Origin: an uncultured Actinomycetota bacterium
GTDB lineage: Bacteria > Actinomycetota > Actinomycetes > Streptosporangiales > Streptosporangiaceae
Reading direction: 5' to 3'
NCBI GenBank assembly: GCA_963799975.1
Contig: CAWCZF010000004.1
Span: forward strand, 312,744-376,743
DNA: 64,000 nucleotides
Shown piece after piece: positions 23,154 to 34,209 of the stretch. Each line of letters begins with the position of its first letter. Within the stretch, counting starts at the first letter, position 1. The position numbers and the translations under genes are program-made. Under the pieces are notes generated by a model that made no database searches, was not told the DNA's origin, and was given only the letters and a program-made list of their open reading frames with translations.

Positions 23154-23636
23154 ATGTACGTCACCACACATCAGGCGCTGACGGCCCAGGACGACATGCG
23201 GGACCGTACGGAGGTGATCGACGCGCTGTACCGGTTCGGGCTCGGACAGGATCTGCCCGACCGCGACCTGTTCGCGTCCTCGTTCGCCGCAGACGCCACG
23301 CTCGACTTCCGCCCCGCCGCCGCCAAACTCGGGATCCAGAGCGCGCTGATGACCGGCCGCGACACGATCGTGGACACGATCCTCGGCCTGTTCGACGGCC
23401 GTGTCACGACCACACACGTTGTGACCAACCCCCGCGTACGGCTCGACGGCGACACCGCGCGGCTCACCGCGATCGTGGCGGCCCAGCACCTGCTGTCCGC
23501 CGACCACGGGCGGCACGCGTTGCTGACCAACCGCTACGACGCCGGGCTCGTACGCGAGGGAGAGCGCTGGACGCTGCACCGGGTCGTCATCGACAATGTC
23601 TGGTTCACCGGCGAGCCCAAAGTCATCTTCTCCTGA
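23154..23636 (+). CDS. SnoaL-like / NTF2-fold protein
   Basis: MYVTTHQALTAQDDMRDRTEVIDALYRFGLGQDL.D..LF...F..DA.LDF...TTHVVTNPRV..DGD.A, a SnoaL_4-like pattern. Confidence 0.65.
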   Translation: MYVTTHQALTAQDDMRDRTEVIDALYRFGLGQDLPDRDLFASSFAADATLDFRPAAAKLGIQSALMTGRDTIVDTILGLFDGRVTTTHVVTNPRVRLDGDTARLTAIVAAQHLLSADHGRHALLTNRYDAGLVREGERWTLHRVVIDNVWFTGEPKVIFS

Positions 23637-23639
23637 TCC

Positions 23640-24392
23640 CTACGCCTGGCGTGTGGGCAGGACGACGATCTGGCGGAGGTTGACGTGGCGCGGGCGGCTC
23701 GTCGTGTACGCGACCAGGTCGGCGATCTCCTCCGCCGACAGCCCGCCGATCGCGTCGAACATCCGCGCCAGGCCGCCGGACAGCTCCGCGTTGTCGATCT
23801 GGTCGCCGAGTTCGGTGGCGGTGAGCCCCGGCTCGATGTTGGTGACGCGGACGTCCTTGGGGCCCAGCTCCGTACGCAGCGAGGCGGAGAGCTGGGTGAC
23901 GGCGGCCTTGGTCGCCCCGTACACCGCGTAGCTCGGGAACCACACGTGCGACCCGATCGAGGAGATGTTCACCAGGTCGGCGGTACGGCCGTCGCTCGCG
24001 GCCGCGACCAGGTCGGGGGTGAACGCAGCGACGATCCGCAGCAGCCCGGTGAGGTTGGTGTCGATCATGCGGGTCCACTCGTCGGTGCGGCCGTCCTCGA
24101 TCGGGTTCGGCAGCATGACGCCGGCCGCGTTGACGACCAGGTCCACCCGGCCGAAGGCGTCGTGGATCCGCGCGGCGGCCGCGTCGACCTCCGCGTCCGC
24201 GGTGACGTCCGCGGCGACCGCGAGGGCACGCCCGCCGTCCGCCTCGATCTCCTTCGCCAGCGTGGCGAGCCGGTCCTCGCGTCGTGACAGCAGCGCGACG
24301 CGTGCGCCCTGGGCGGCAAGCGTGCGCGCGACGGCGGCGCCCATCCCGCTGGCGGCTCCGGTGACGACGGCCGTACGGTCCTGGAGGTTCAT
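23640..24392 (-). CDS. SDR-family oxidoreductase
   Basis: MNLQDRTAVVTGAASGMGAAV (TGxxxGxG), NAAG, and the YxxxK motif (YGATKAAV). Confidence 0.9.
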   Translation of the reverse strand: MNLQDRTAVVTGAASGMGAAVARTLAAQGARVALLSRREDRLATLAKEIEADGGRALAVAADVTADAEVDAAAARIHDAFGRVDLVVNAAGVMLPNPIEDGRTDEWTRMIDTNLTGLLRIVAAFTPDLVAAASDGRTADLVNISSIGSHVWFPSYAVYGATKAAVTQLSASLRTELGPKDVRVTNIEPGLTATELGDQIDNAELSGGLARMFDAIGGLSAEEIADLVAYTTSRPRHVNLRQIVVLPTRQA

Positions 24393-24537
24393 CGGGTTCT
24401 CCTCGGTGTGAGTCGGTACGGCCGATCCTGCGGGCGCGTACGCGGCCTGCCCAGGGCTCCGTCTCACCCTCGGCGCGGCGAACCTGGGTCCAGCAGAACC
24501 ACCCTTAAAAACGCCGATCAGCCCCATACTGGACAGC

Positions 24538-25386
24538 ATGGACAGGCGGGCCGAGTTGACGGAGTTCCTGCGCACGCGGCGCGCGCGGGTGCGGCCCGAG
24601 GACGTGGGCCTGCGGCCGTACGGGCGGCGGCGCGTGCCCGGACTCCGGCGCGAGGAGCTGGCGCAGCTCGCCGGGATGAGCGTCGACTACTACGTGCGCC
24701 TCGAACAGGGCCGCGCGAACAATGTCTCCGAAGAGGTGCTCGCCGCGGTCGCGGCCGCGCTGAGCCTGGACGACGACGAACGCGCCCACCTGAGCGATCT
24801 CGCGCGGCCCGTCGCGACGCGGCGGCGGCGGCGACCGGCACGCGCCGAGCGCGTACGCCCGGGGGTGCGCCGGCTGCTGGAGATGGCCGACGGCGTGCCC
24901 GCGTACGTGATCGGGCGGCGCGGCGACGTCCTCGCCTGGAACCGTCTCGCCTGCGCCCTGTTCACCGACTTCGGCGCGATGCCCGCTGCGGACCGCAACT
25001 GGGCTCGCATGATCTTCTTCAACGAGGACGTGCGGGCGCTCTTCGACGACTGGACGGTCAAGGCGCGAGAGACCGTGGCGTACCTGCGGCTCAAGGCGGG
25101 CCAGTATCCCGATGATCCCGAACTGGCCGCCCTCGTCGGGGAGCTCTCGGTCAAGAGCGAGGACTTCCGCCAGTGGTGGGCCGAACACGACGTACGGGAC
25201 AAGAGCGGCGGCCGCAAGGTGCTGCGGCATCCGCTGGTCGGCGAGATCGTCGTCGACTATGAGTCGCTTCGGCTGCCCGACGACGCCGACCAGGTACTCG
25301 TGACCTGCACGGTCAAGGCGAACTCCCCGTCCGAGGCGAACCTTCGCCTGCTCGCCGCCTGGACCGCCGAGGCGCCCGTCCACTGA
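24538..25386 (+). CDS. XRE-family HTH regulator with MmyB-like C-terminal domain
   Basis: LRREELAQLAGMSVDYYVRLEQGR is the HTH. The C-terminal ...NWARMIFF....R..F.DW...A...VA.LR... pattern is typical of MmyB-type regulators. It is divergent from the SDR gene. Confidence 0.8.
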   Translation: MDRRAELTEFLRTRRARVRPEDVGLRPYGRRRVPGLRREELAQLAGMSVDYYVRLEQGRANNVSEEVLAAVAAALSLDDDERAHLSDLARPVATRRRRRPARAERVRPGVRRLLEMADGVPAYVIGRRGDVLAWNRLACALFTDFGAMPAADRNWARMIFFNEDVRALFDDWTVKARETVAYLRLKAGQYPDDPELAALVGELSVKSEDFRQWWAEHDVRDKSGGRKVLRHPLVGEIVVDYESLRLPDDADQVLVTCTVKANSPSEANLRLLAAWTAEAPVH

Positions 25387-25429
25387 CGGGACCGGGCGGC
25401 CCGGCGTCGCACCGGGCCACCCGGCGTGG

Positions 25430-26896
25430 TCAGCGGCCGGTGCCGCTGGCCCACAGTGTGGTGCCGCCCTGACGGATCGTCAGGTTGCCGTCGCCCTGCA
25501 GGACCAGGACCGCCCCGTCGTGGCCGTCGGTGCGCGAACTCCACAGCGTCGCGTTGCCGCTGGAGTAGAGGACGAAGTTCCCGTCGGCCTGGAAGACGGC
25601 ATGCGTGCCCTGCGCGTGCGTGCCGGTCGCCCACACGACGGCGTCGTGGTCGTCGCGGAGCACGAGGTCGCCGTCCGTACGCAGGGCGAGCGTGAGCCGG
25701 TTGGTCCGTACCTGCTCGCCCGGGCGCAGGACGTACGTGCCCTGGACGACGCGCGTCTGCGCCGGGGCTTCCGGCTTCCGGTCCGGCGTGTTCGCCGGGT
25801 CCGGCTTCTTGCCGTCGCCGTTGTCGTTGCCAGTGCTACTGCTGCTCGGCGTGGGGGTGCGCCGCGCCGTCGTCGCCGGGCGTTCGGCGGTGTTCTGCTG
25901 CTCGGCCGCCTCGTGATGCTCGGCCGCGGTGGCCGAGGGCGTCGCGTTCGGCGTGTCGCGTACGGCGTCGGTGTGCGCCTTCGCCTTGGGGTGCACGACG
26001 AGCTTGCTCTCCGCCGTGTCCCGCGTGTCCTGTGTGTCCTGCGTGTCCCCCGTGTCCGGTGCGGTCGGTGTGGGCTCCGGATGGGCGGACGGCTGGGGCC
26101 GGCCGTGCGAACGATGCCGGTCCTCGTGCCCCGGCCGCGTCGCCGGCCCATCGGACGGCTTGCCGGTCTGGCTGTCGGATGGCTTGCCGGTCTGGCTGTC
26201 GGATGGCTTGCCGGTCGGGGTGCCCGCCGGTTTCGGGGTGGTCGAGGGGGTCGCGGAGGGCGCGAGCTTCACCGGCGGCGGTGGGGCGGGCGGCGGCGGC
26301 GCGGAGGGACGCCGAGCCTGCCAGCTCGGTACCGGCGCGGGCACCGGAACGACCGGCTGCTGCCGGTGGATGACCTGCTTCTTCGCCTCCGTGTGCGGCG
26401 GACGCGACTTCGTCACCGACGAGGCCGGGTCGCTGAGGAACCGTACGTGCGGTGTGATCATCGCGAACGGCGCCCCTGCCAGGACCGCCACGCCCGTCGC
26501 GGCGACGAGCACGATGCCCGTACGCCTCCGCCGCGCGTTCGCGTCCCCCCGCGCCACAAGCTCGCCTGGCCGGGCCGCCGCAGACGACGCGCCGGGCCTA
26601 CGCCGTACGGGCCGCTCCGCTTCCCCGCCGGACGCTTCCCCGCCGCGTACTCCCCCGCCGGACGCTTCTCCGCCCGGCGACTCGCTCGGCGACTCAACCC
26701 GTGACCCCGCGGCCGGGTTTCCGCTCTCCGGCTCGGCACCGCCGAGCACGGTGACCGGCGACGCGTCCAGCGGCCCGGTAACGGGCACCTCCCCCGGATC
26801 CTCGCCGCCGGCCACCCTGGGTGGCCGCCCGTGCGACGCGGCCGCCCCGTCCGCCCCGTTGGGCGTCACGTCACCGGCCGCCGGTACCTCTGCCAT
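25430..26896 (-). CDS. single-pass membrane protein with long Pro/Thr/Asp-rich low-complexity linker and C-terminal bulb-type (GNA-like) mannose-binding lectin domain
   Basis: ATG at 26894-26896 with a GGGAG RBS. TM helix TGIVLVAATGVAVLAGAPFAMI. Internal tandem GKPSDSQT and TQDT repeats. The C-terminal domain has one canonical QxDxNxVxY (FQADGNFVLY) and two degenerate copies (RTDGDLVLR, QGDGNLTIR). Confidence 0.7.
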   Translation of the reverse strand: MAEVPAAGDVTPNGADGAAASHGRPPRVAGGEDPGEVPVTGPLDASPVTVLGGAEPESGNPAAGSRVESPSESPGGEASGGGVRGGEASGGEAERPVRRRPGASSAAARPGELVARGDANARRRRTGIVLVAATGVAVLAGAPFAMITPHVRFLSDPASSVTKSRPPHTEAKKQVIHRQQPVVPVPAPVPSWQARRPSAPPPPAPPPPVKLAPSATPSTTPKPAGTPTGKPSDSQTGKPSDSQTGKPSDGPATRPGHEDRHRSHGRPQPSAHPEPTPTAPDTGDTQDTQDTRDTAESKLVVHPKAKAHTDAVRDTPNATPSATAAEHHEAAEQQNTAERPATTARRTPTPSSSSTGNDNGDGKKPDPANTPDRKPEAPAQTRVVQGTYVLRPGEQVRTNRLTLALRTDGDLVLRDDHDAVVWATGTHAQGTHAVFQADGNFVLYSSGNATLWSSRTDGHDGAVLVLQGDGNLTIRQGGTTLWASGTGR

Positions 26897-27060
26897 GCCG
26901 TCTCCCTCGCGTCGCTGCCCCGCACTGCGCAAAAGGGCTGTACGGATATCACGGCGCGCAGAGGTCGCCGGGGTCATTCGCGGCCTGACCCCGGCGGCGA
27001 AGCCTCGATTTCGGTCCCCTCCCGCTACGGCCGGCCCGCGGAAGGGGAAAGGCGGAGATA

Positions 27061-27696
27061 TCACGATTCCTCGCGCCAGAGAGCGGCGCGAAAGCCGGAA
27101 GCGTCGTCCAATCGCTGCCACGCCGCGTGATTGAGTTCCGCAGAGCCGCATCGATTGTTCTTCAGTCGACCTTCCGCAGTGTGGCGATGAATTCGCAACT
27201 GCCAGGTCAAGGCACTGGCACATGACGAGATCATCGCCTCGAAGGCCTTACGCCACCACCGGTTCCGGCCCGCACCCGCCATGGCATTCTCGTCCGCCAC
27301 GTGCACATCCTCACGGCCGTCCGCGGTGGACCACACCTGCCACCAGCCCGGCGGCAGTTGCACCTTGCCAAAGGTGAATGCCCACACCATGTGCGCGACG
27401 ATGACGCACAGGAGGACGGGCCGGTTCGGCCCGCGAACGGCGCGAGCGGCACGCCAGTAGAAGCTGAGCACGGTGAGCCAGGTCACGCCGACGAGAATGA
27501 GGACGACGGCGAATCCGGCGGTCATCAGGTATTCGACCAGGCCATGCGAAGCGCCGGCGATCGACGAAGAGACGGGCCGCGTCGCCTGCCTTCTGGAGAG
27601 CAGGCCGTCCAGGACCCACCCGCCCGCCAGGACGGCACCCGTCCAGCGCCATGGCCGCCACCCGGAACCCTTCTCTTCGGGAGGCTCCTTAGCCAT
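27061..27696 (-). CDS. hypothetical integral membrane protein
   Basis: 211-aa ORF with 3-4 hydrophobic helices (WTGAVLAGGWVL, LMTAGFAVVLILVGVTWLTVLSFYW, VLLCVIVAHMVWAFTF). No family was recognised. Confidence 0.45.
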   Translation of the reverse strand: MAKEPPEEKGSGWRPWRWTGAVLAGGWVLDGLLSRRQATRPVSSSIAGASHGLVEYLMTAGFAVVLILVGVTWLTVLSFYWRAARAVRGPNRPVLLCVIVAHMVWAFTFGKVQLPPGWWQVWSTADGREDVHVADENAMAGAGRNRWWRKAFEAMISSCASALTWQLRIHRHTAEGRLKNNRCGSAELNHAAWQRLDDASGFRAALWREES

Positions 27697-28300
27697 GGAG
27701 ACCGCCGGAGTTGAAAATAAGCGGCGAATAGGGCACCATTTTCATTTATAGGACTCCTGTATCCGATCAGATACGACGGTCGGTGTTACGGAGGGGGCCA
27801 CCCTGTCTCTCACCTCTAGCGCCAACTCGAGAAGAGCCAGGGTGGCCCGATTTATTTGTCGGCTCTTACGCCACGAATAGCCCCAGATCGACGCAATTCA
27901 CAGGCGAGACCTCGCCCTCACGGCCCCCCGAGAGCATGGTCGGCCATCCCACAATGGTGACTTTCCGTGACATCGAGAGCGACCCCTCAACCGAGAGAGA
28001 CCAGCCACCCGGTGGGCCACAGGCCGAACCACGTGCAGGTATTGGCACACAGTACCAAAGATGGGGGTTACATACACTTCACGGCGTGTCGACCTTTAAG
28101 TCCTAATGCACCGGTTACGGGCGGTGGAATCGCATCACGGAGAGTCCCGGCCGCACACCGTACGACCGCCTACCGCTCGGACTTGATGAACGATCGATCA
28201 TCGAACGATTGCGGCTGATCTCGGTCACTGACAGCCGTGAGAATCCGATTCGCAATCGGTCAGGTGCATCCGTCGACACATCTCGTCGAATGCCGAGAAC

Positions 28301-28684
28301 TCAGCCCCGCGACTCAGCCGATTTGTCCCGTGCGACGGCGAGTCCCCACATCACCAGCGGCGCCTGCAACGGCAGCCGCCCGTACGCCGCGGCGCGATAG
28401 GGCAGGGCGCGGCCGCGCCAGTCGTAGGCCATCTTCACGTTCGCCGGAAAGACGCCGACGAACAGGCCGGTGGCCGCGAGCGCCCCGAGCCGCCGCGTAC
28501 GCGGCACGAGAATCGCCGCCGCGCACCCCAGTTCGGCTACGCCGCTCCCGTACGTCCAGAGCCGAGGCGATCCCGGCAGCAACGCCGGGACGATCGCGTC
28601 GTACGGACGAGGTCGCAGGAAATGGGTCGCTCCGGCCCCGGCGAGAAGAGCCGCGAGCCCGAGCGCCGAACGACTGATCCTCAT
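28301..28684 (-). CDS. DoxX-like small membrane protein
   Basis: MRISRSALGLAALLAGAGATHFLRP..YDAIVP..LP........GVAELGCAAAILVPRTRRLGA....LFVGVFPANV.MA; four helices. Confidence 0.5.
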   Translation of the reverse strand: MRISRSALGLAALLAGAGATHFLRPRPYDAIVPALLPGSPRLWTYGSGVAELGCAAAILVPRTRRLGALAATGLFVGVFPANVKMAYDWRGRALPYRAAAYGRLPLQAPLVMWGLAVARDKSAESRG

Positions 28685-28762
28685 GACATGCCACCGTAAA
28701 CCCCGAAGGGCCGCCCAGGACGCCGGCGCGGCGATCCTGGACGGCCCGATCATCGGCAGGGC

Positions 28763-31537
28763 TCAGCTAGGCAGCGTCCACTGCTGCGCCGCGGAGCCGT
28801 TGCAGGTGTAGATCTGCAACTGGGTGCCGTCCGTCGTACTGCTGTTCGGATCGTCCAGGCACTTCCCGGACTGCGGGTTGGTCAGCGACTTGGCCGACGC
28901 GCTGTAGGTCCACTGCTGCGCGCCCGTTCCATTGCAGTCATACAACTGGACCTTCGTGCCGTTCGCCGTACCGCTGTTGTTGACGTCCAGGCACTTGCCG
29001 AACGCGGTCAGCGTCCCGTCGCCGGGCACCGTCCACTTCTGCGCGTTGGTCCCGTTGCAGGTGTAGATCTGGATCGCCGTGCCGTTCGCCGTACCGCTGT
29101 TGCTGACGTCCACGCACTTCCCGGCGATCCCGGACGTGATCGGGCCGGACTTGCCGCCCGACGCGCCCGAGCCCGGGTAGGACGGCGGCGCGGAGGAGCG
29201 CCGCCGTCGCCCATGAGGTGTTGGCGGTCGTGCCAAGCGTCGATGCTGAGCGTGCCACCGCTCGTCACCGCGGAGGGCGGCAGGTAGGCGTTGTTCCAGT
29301 TGGCGCCGTTCCAGGTCGCACTCTGCACGTACGGGGCGTTGGTCGCGGCGCCCGGGGCGTTGATCGTCAGCGTGTTCCCGGTGCTGAGCGTGATGACGAC
29401 CTGGGTGAACTGCGGGCTGCCCAGCGCGAGGTCCGCCGTGCCCGGGCGTCTCGGGGAAGATCCCCATCGCCGACCAGACGTACCAGGCGCTCATCGTGCC
29501 GAGGTCGTCGTTGCCGACGCCCCAGCCCGTCGGGGAGTCCGGCCACAGCTGGTTCTGCACGTTGCGGATGACCGACTGCGTCTTCCACGGCTGGCCGACG
29601 TAGTCGTACTCCCAGGGCAGTTCGACGCTGGGCTCGTTGCCGAGGTCGGCGTGGTCGCCGCCGCTGCCGTTGTACGCGCCGAGCACGTGGTCCAGGTAGG
29701 AGACCATGCCCGCGTTGCCGCCCTTGGCGTCGGCCAGGCCGCGCACGTTGAACGGCACCATGCCGGTGTACTGCCAGGACGTGCCCTCGACCATGTTGTC
29801 GCCGCTGGTCGGGCTGAACCCGCCGGCCCAGCCGCCGCTCGCCGTACGAGGCTGCACGAAGCCGCTGGAGGTGTTGAGGACGTTCTTCCAGTCCTGGGCG
29901 CGATCGGCGAACTTCTTCTGGTTCGCGCTGTCGCCGAGCGCGCCCGCGAAGGCGCCGAGCGCGAAGTCGGCCGTGTTGTACTCCAGCGTCGTGGAGACCG
30001 ACCCGTAGTAGTTGCAGCAGCCATAGGATCCGTCGCTCGGCAGATAGCCGATGCTGTCGAGGTAGCTCAGCCCGGGCCGTACGTTGTTGGCGACGGTGGC
30101 CTCGTGGACCATCGCGGTCTTGGCCGCGGCGGTGTCGAAGCCGCGCCCGCCGAACGCGTAGATGTCGGCGATGATCGAGTCGGCCGGGTCGCCGACCATG
30201 ACGTAGGACTCGCCGTTGGCCTGCGCCCACTTGGGCAGCCGGGTGCTCTGCGCGTAGTCGTTGACCGCGGACTGTGCGACGTCGCTCGCCTGCGACGGCG
30301 CGACCATGCCGATCAGCTGTGCCTGACTGCGGTAGATGTCCCAGCCGGAGTAGTTCGCGTACTGGGCGTGGCCCGCGGCGACCGAGTGCACGGCGTTGTC
30401 GAAGCCCATGTACTGCCCGTTCGTGTCGCTGAACACGTTCGGGTGCAGCAACGCGTGGTACAGCGCCGTGTAGAAGACGTGCTGCTGCGCCGTGGTGCCG
30501 CCGGAGGTCTGGACCTTGCCGAGCACGGCGTTCCACGCGTTGTGCGCGGCGGTGCGCTTGCCGTCGAAGTCGAAGTTGGCGACCTCGGCGTCGCGGTTGG
30601 CCTTCGCGTTGGCATCGGAGGTGAAGCGAGATGCCGATCCGTGCGTTCACCACGTGGTTCGTGGTCGTGTTGAACGTCAGATACCCGCCGTTCGGTGCGG
30701 CGAGCGGCGCGGCCTGCGCCTGCTGGGTGCCGTGCAGCTTCGGCTTGCCGGGCTGCTCGGCCGCGTCCTTGGCGACCGACTTCGGCGTCGTACGCGCCGT
30801 GGACTTGGCCGCGAGGTCGTCTTCGCGCCGGCCTTGACCGCCGAGGAGAGCCAGGTGCCGGTCGTGAACGGCTGGTCGAAGGCGACCGAGAAGTGCAGCG
30901 TGTAGGTGTTGCCCGCGCCGCAGAAGTGGCCGCTGGTCACCGAGCCGACGACCTCGGTGTTGCTGACCACCTGCCAGTAGGTGGCGTAGTCGCCGTTCTG
31001 GCTGCCGGTGAGCTTGAACAGCAGGTTCGCCTGGGTCGTGGCGGGGAAGGTGAATCGCCCGATACCGCCGCGGGTCGTGGTGGTCAGCTCGGTCTTCACG
31101 CCGTTGCCGAGCGTCACGCCGTAGTAGCCGGGCGAGGCGGACTCGTTCGCGTGCGTGTACGACGAGCTCGCCGAGCCCGGGCTGCTGATCGCGCCGGTGG
31201 TCGGCATGATCGGGACGTCGCCGTACGCCCCGCAGCCGGGGCCGGCGATGTGGGTCAGGCTGAATCCGGTGATCGTTGGGCTGGTGTACACGTAGCCGCC
31301 GCCTTGCGCGCGGGAGGCGGTGTCGGGGCTCCACTGCGTCATGCCGAACGGCACGTCGGCGCCGGGGAAGTCATTCGCCCCGTTCGTGGTGCCGAGCAGC
31401 GGGTTGACGAGGGAGGCGGGATCGGAGACGAGGGGAGCGGCGGCGGTGGTCTGCGCGTACGCCTGGGCGGGGACGATCATCGCGGCGAGCAGCGTGCCGG
31501 CGGACACGAGCAGGCCGAGCGGACGGGGCAATGCCAT
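28763..31537 (-). pseudogene. secreted GH92-type alpha-mannosidase with C-terminal ricin-B (CBM13) lectin domain; about 4 frame interruptions (near 30830, 30640, 29445, 29210)
   Basis: Signal peptide MALPRPLGLLVSAGTLLAAMIVPAQAYA. ...VNPLLGTTNGANDFPGADVPFGMTQWSPDT..., ...FYTALYHALLHPNVFSD.NGQY.GFD..., ...GNEPS.ELPWEYDY.GQPWKTQ.... The C-terminus has three QxW-type ricin repeats (CVDVSNSGTANGTAIQIYTCNGTNAQKW...). Confidence 0.8.
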
Positions 31538-31713
31538 GCGGATGCGCCCTTTCGCGGAGGGGAGACAGGGCTCATGACAACGTTGTCAGGAACTTCGTAC
31601 GTCTCTTGCGGGAGCGCCGTCAAGGGATCTGTCAGCACCCGGCCACACGGCCGTCCAATGCCGGTTCACGTACGCGTAGGCTGGCGAGGGGGAGCCGAAG
31701 GACGGAGCGAAGC

Positions 31714-32564
31714 ATGGGCATGATGATGGCCGTCAGCTTCACGCGTTACGGGCGGCTCTACTACCTCGACCCAGGGCAGCACTCGCCCAAGGTCGGCGAC
31801 AAGGTGCTCGTGCCCACCGAATCCGGCGCCGAGGTCGCCGAGTGCATCTGGGCGCCGCAGTACGTCTCCGAGGACGTCGAGCGGCCTGCCGGTCTGCGAG
31901 GGCATCGCCGGCGAGGAGCATCTGGCACGCGACGAGGCCAACCGGCGGCGGCGCGCGGAGTCCCGCTCGATCGCCAAGACGACTGATCCGCAAGCACGAG
32001 CTGCCGATGAAGGTGATCGGCGTCGACTACCTCGACGCCGACAACGTCTTCCGCGTCTACTTCTCCGCGCCCCACCGCGTCGACTTTCGCGCCCTGGTCC
32101 GCGACCTGGCCCGGTCGATGAAGGCACGCGTCGAGCTGCGCCAGGTCGGCCCGCGCGACGAGGCGCGCCTGCAGGGCGGCATCGGCCCGTGCGGCCGCGA
32201 CCTGTGCTGCGCGACGTTCCTGAAGGACTTCGAGCCGGTGTCCGTACGCATGGCCAAGGAGCAGGACCTGCCGGTCAACCCCCTGCGCATCGCCGGCGCG
32301 TGCGGGCGGCTGATGTGCTGCCTGAAGTACGAGCACCCGCTCTACGTCGAGGCGCACGACCGCATGCCCAAGCTCGGCGAACGCGTCGGCACCCCCGCCG
32401 GCAACGGCCAGGTCGTCGGCCGCAACGTCCCGTCCGACACCGTCAGCGTACGGCTGGACGGCGGCCGAAAATGCGCCTGCCCGGTAGCCTCGGTCTGCGG
32501 GCCGCGCCAGCAGCACGACGAACACTACGACGACAATCAGGATGACTCGCCGGACGCTGGGTAA
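31714..32564 (+). pseudogene. PSP1 domain protein (RicT/YaaT-like); two frame interruptions (near 31880 and 31980)
   Basis: MGMMMAVSFTRYGRLYYLDPG...VGDKVLVPTESGAEVAECIW... then ...MKVIGVDYLDADNVFRVYFSAPHRVDFRALVRDLARS..ARVELRQVGPRD.A...GG.G.CGR.LCC..FL. Confidence 0.8.
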
Positions 32565-32630
32565 CGATGGGTTCGCAGGCAGCAAGCGTAGGCTGCCTCC
32601 GAAAACATCGGCGACAAGAACGGTAACGGC

Positions 32631-34142
32631 GTGAAAAAGTTTCGTACGGTGACCGGGCTGGCGGTTGCCGCCTTCGTGGCGGCGGCCTGCACGGGGACCC
32701 CGAATTCCAAGGCCGCCCCGTCGCCGTCGGCGCTGACCGGCGTCGCACGCTACTACGCGCAACGCCTCTCCTGGCACGACTGCGGCGACGGCTTCCAGTG
32801 CGGAACGATCCACATGCCGCTCGACTACAACCGCCCGGACGTCAACCGCATCGCGATGTCGGTCATCCGCCTGCCGGCCGAGGGCCCGCGCAAGGGCTCG
32901 CTGCTGATCAACCCGGGCGGCCCGGGCGGCTCAGGCGTCCAGTTCGTCCGCGACGCGGCCCGCCAGTACGGCGCCGACCTGCGCAAGAACTTCGACCTCG
33001 TCGGCTTCGACCCGCGCGGCGTCAACCAGACCAAGCCCGCCGTACGCTGCCTGACGAGCAAGCAGCTCGACCGGTTCTTCGCCACCGACACCTCGCCGGA
33101 CCGACCGGGCCGGAATCAATGACCTGGTCAAGGTCAGCCGAGGGCTGGGCGGACGACTGCCGCACCCGCATCCCGTCGCTGCTCCCGTACGTCGGCACGA
33201 TCAGCGCCGCCAAGGACATGGACATCCTCCGCGCCGCCGTCGGCGACCCGGGCATGACGTACTACGGCGCGTCGTACGGCACGTACCTGGGCGCGTACTA
33301 CGCCGAACTCTTCCCCCGCCGCATCCGCGCCATGGTCCTCGACGGCGCCGTGGACCCGAAGCTGACGGGCGACGCGGTCAACATCGAACAGGCCAAGGGC
33401 TTCGACACGGCCGTACACTCGTTCGCCGCCGACTGCGTGAAGGTCGCCGACTGCCCGCTGGGCAACGGCACGACACGCGGAGCGCTGCTGCGCCTGCAAC
33501 GCCTGTTCGCCCAGACGGAGAAGAAGCCGCTGAAGAACAACCTCGGCGACGGCCGCCAGGTCGAACGCATCCATGATCGAGTTGGGCGTGGCGTCGGCGC
33601 TGTACAACAAGCAGACGTGGCCGGTCCTGCGGCTGGCGCTGAAGAGCGCCATCGACCAGAGCGACGGCACGACATTGATGCGCCTGGGCGACCTGCTGGT
33701 GGAGCGCAACAAGGACGGCACATACTCCAACCAGAGCGAGGCCAACATGGCCATCAACTGCGTGGACAAGCCGTACGCACGGACCCTCGGCCCGTGGAAG
33801 GAAGAGGCCGCCAAGGCCAAGCAGGTAGCCCCGATCTTCGGCGAGTTCGTGGTGTGGGGCACCCTGCCGTGCGCGTACTGGCCGGTGGAGAGCCGAGAAA
33901 AACCCCGCCCCCTGCACGCGGACGGCGCCAAGCCGATCCTGGTGGTAGGCACGACCCGCGACCCGGCAACCCCGTACAAGTGGGCCCAGAACCTGGCCGC
34001 CGAACTCCGCTCGGGCGTCCTCCTTAGCCTGGACGGAGACGGCCACACGGCGTACCTGCAGGGCAACCCCTGCATCACGAGCGCCGTCGACCACTATCTG
34101 ATCACGGCGGCTCCCCCCAGGAAGAACACCCTGTGCCACTGA
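32631..34142 (+). pseudogene. secreted lipoprotein, alpha/beta-hydrolase tripeptidyl aminopeptidase (S33) family; two frame interruptions (near 33115 and 33565)
   Basis: Lipobox MKKFRTVTGLAVAAFVAAAC. ...LINPGGPGGSG..., ...YYGASYGTYLGAYYAELFP (GxSxG nucleophile elbow), ...GTTRDPATPY..., ...DGDGHTAY... Confidence 0.8.
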
Positions 34143-34209
34143 GCCCGGTTGTGCGAGGAGTGGACCGGAACCGGTAGACTTCGGGGCGCGCCGCATCTTG
34201 GTGCGGCCG

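Noticed and set aside
27783-28106. 107-aa ORF in the AT-richer gap.
   Set aside because: Atypical composition, no RBS or motif, and many rare codons for this genome. It is reported only as a non-coding curiosity.
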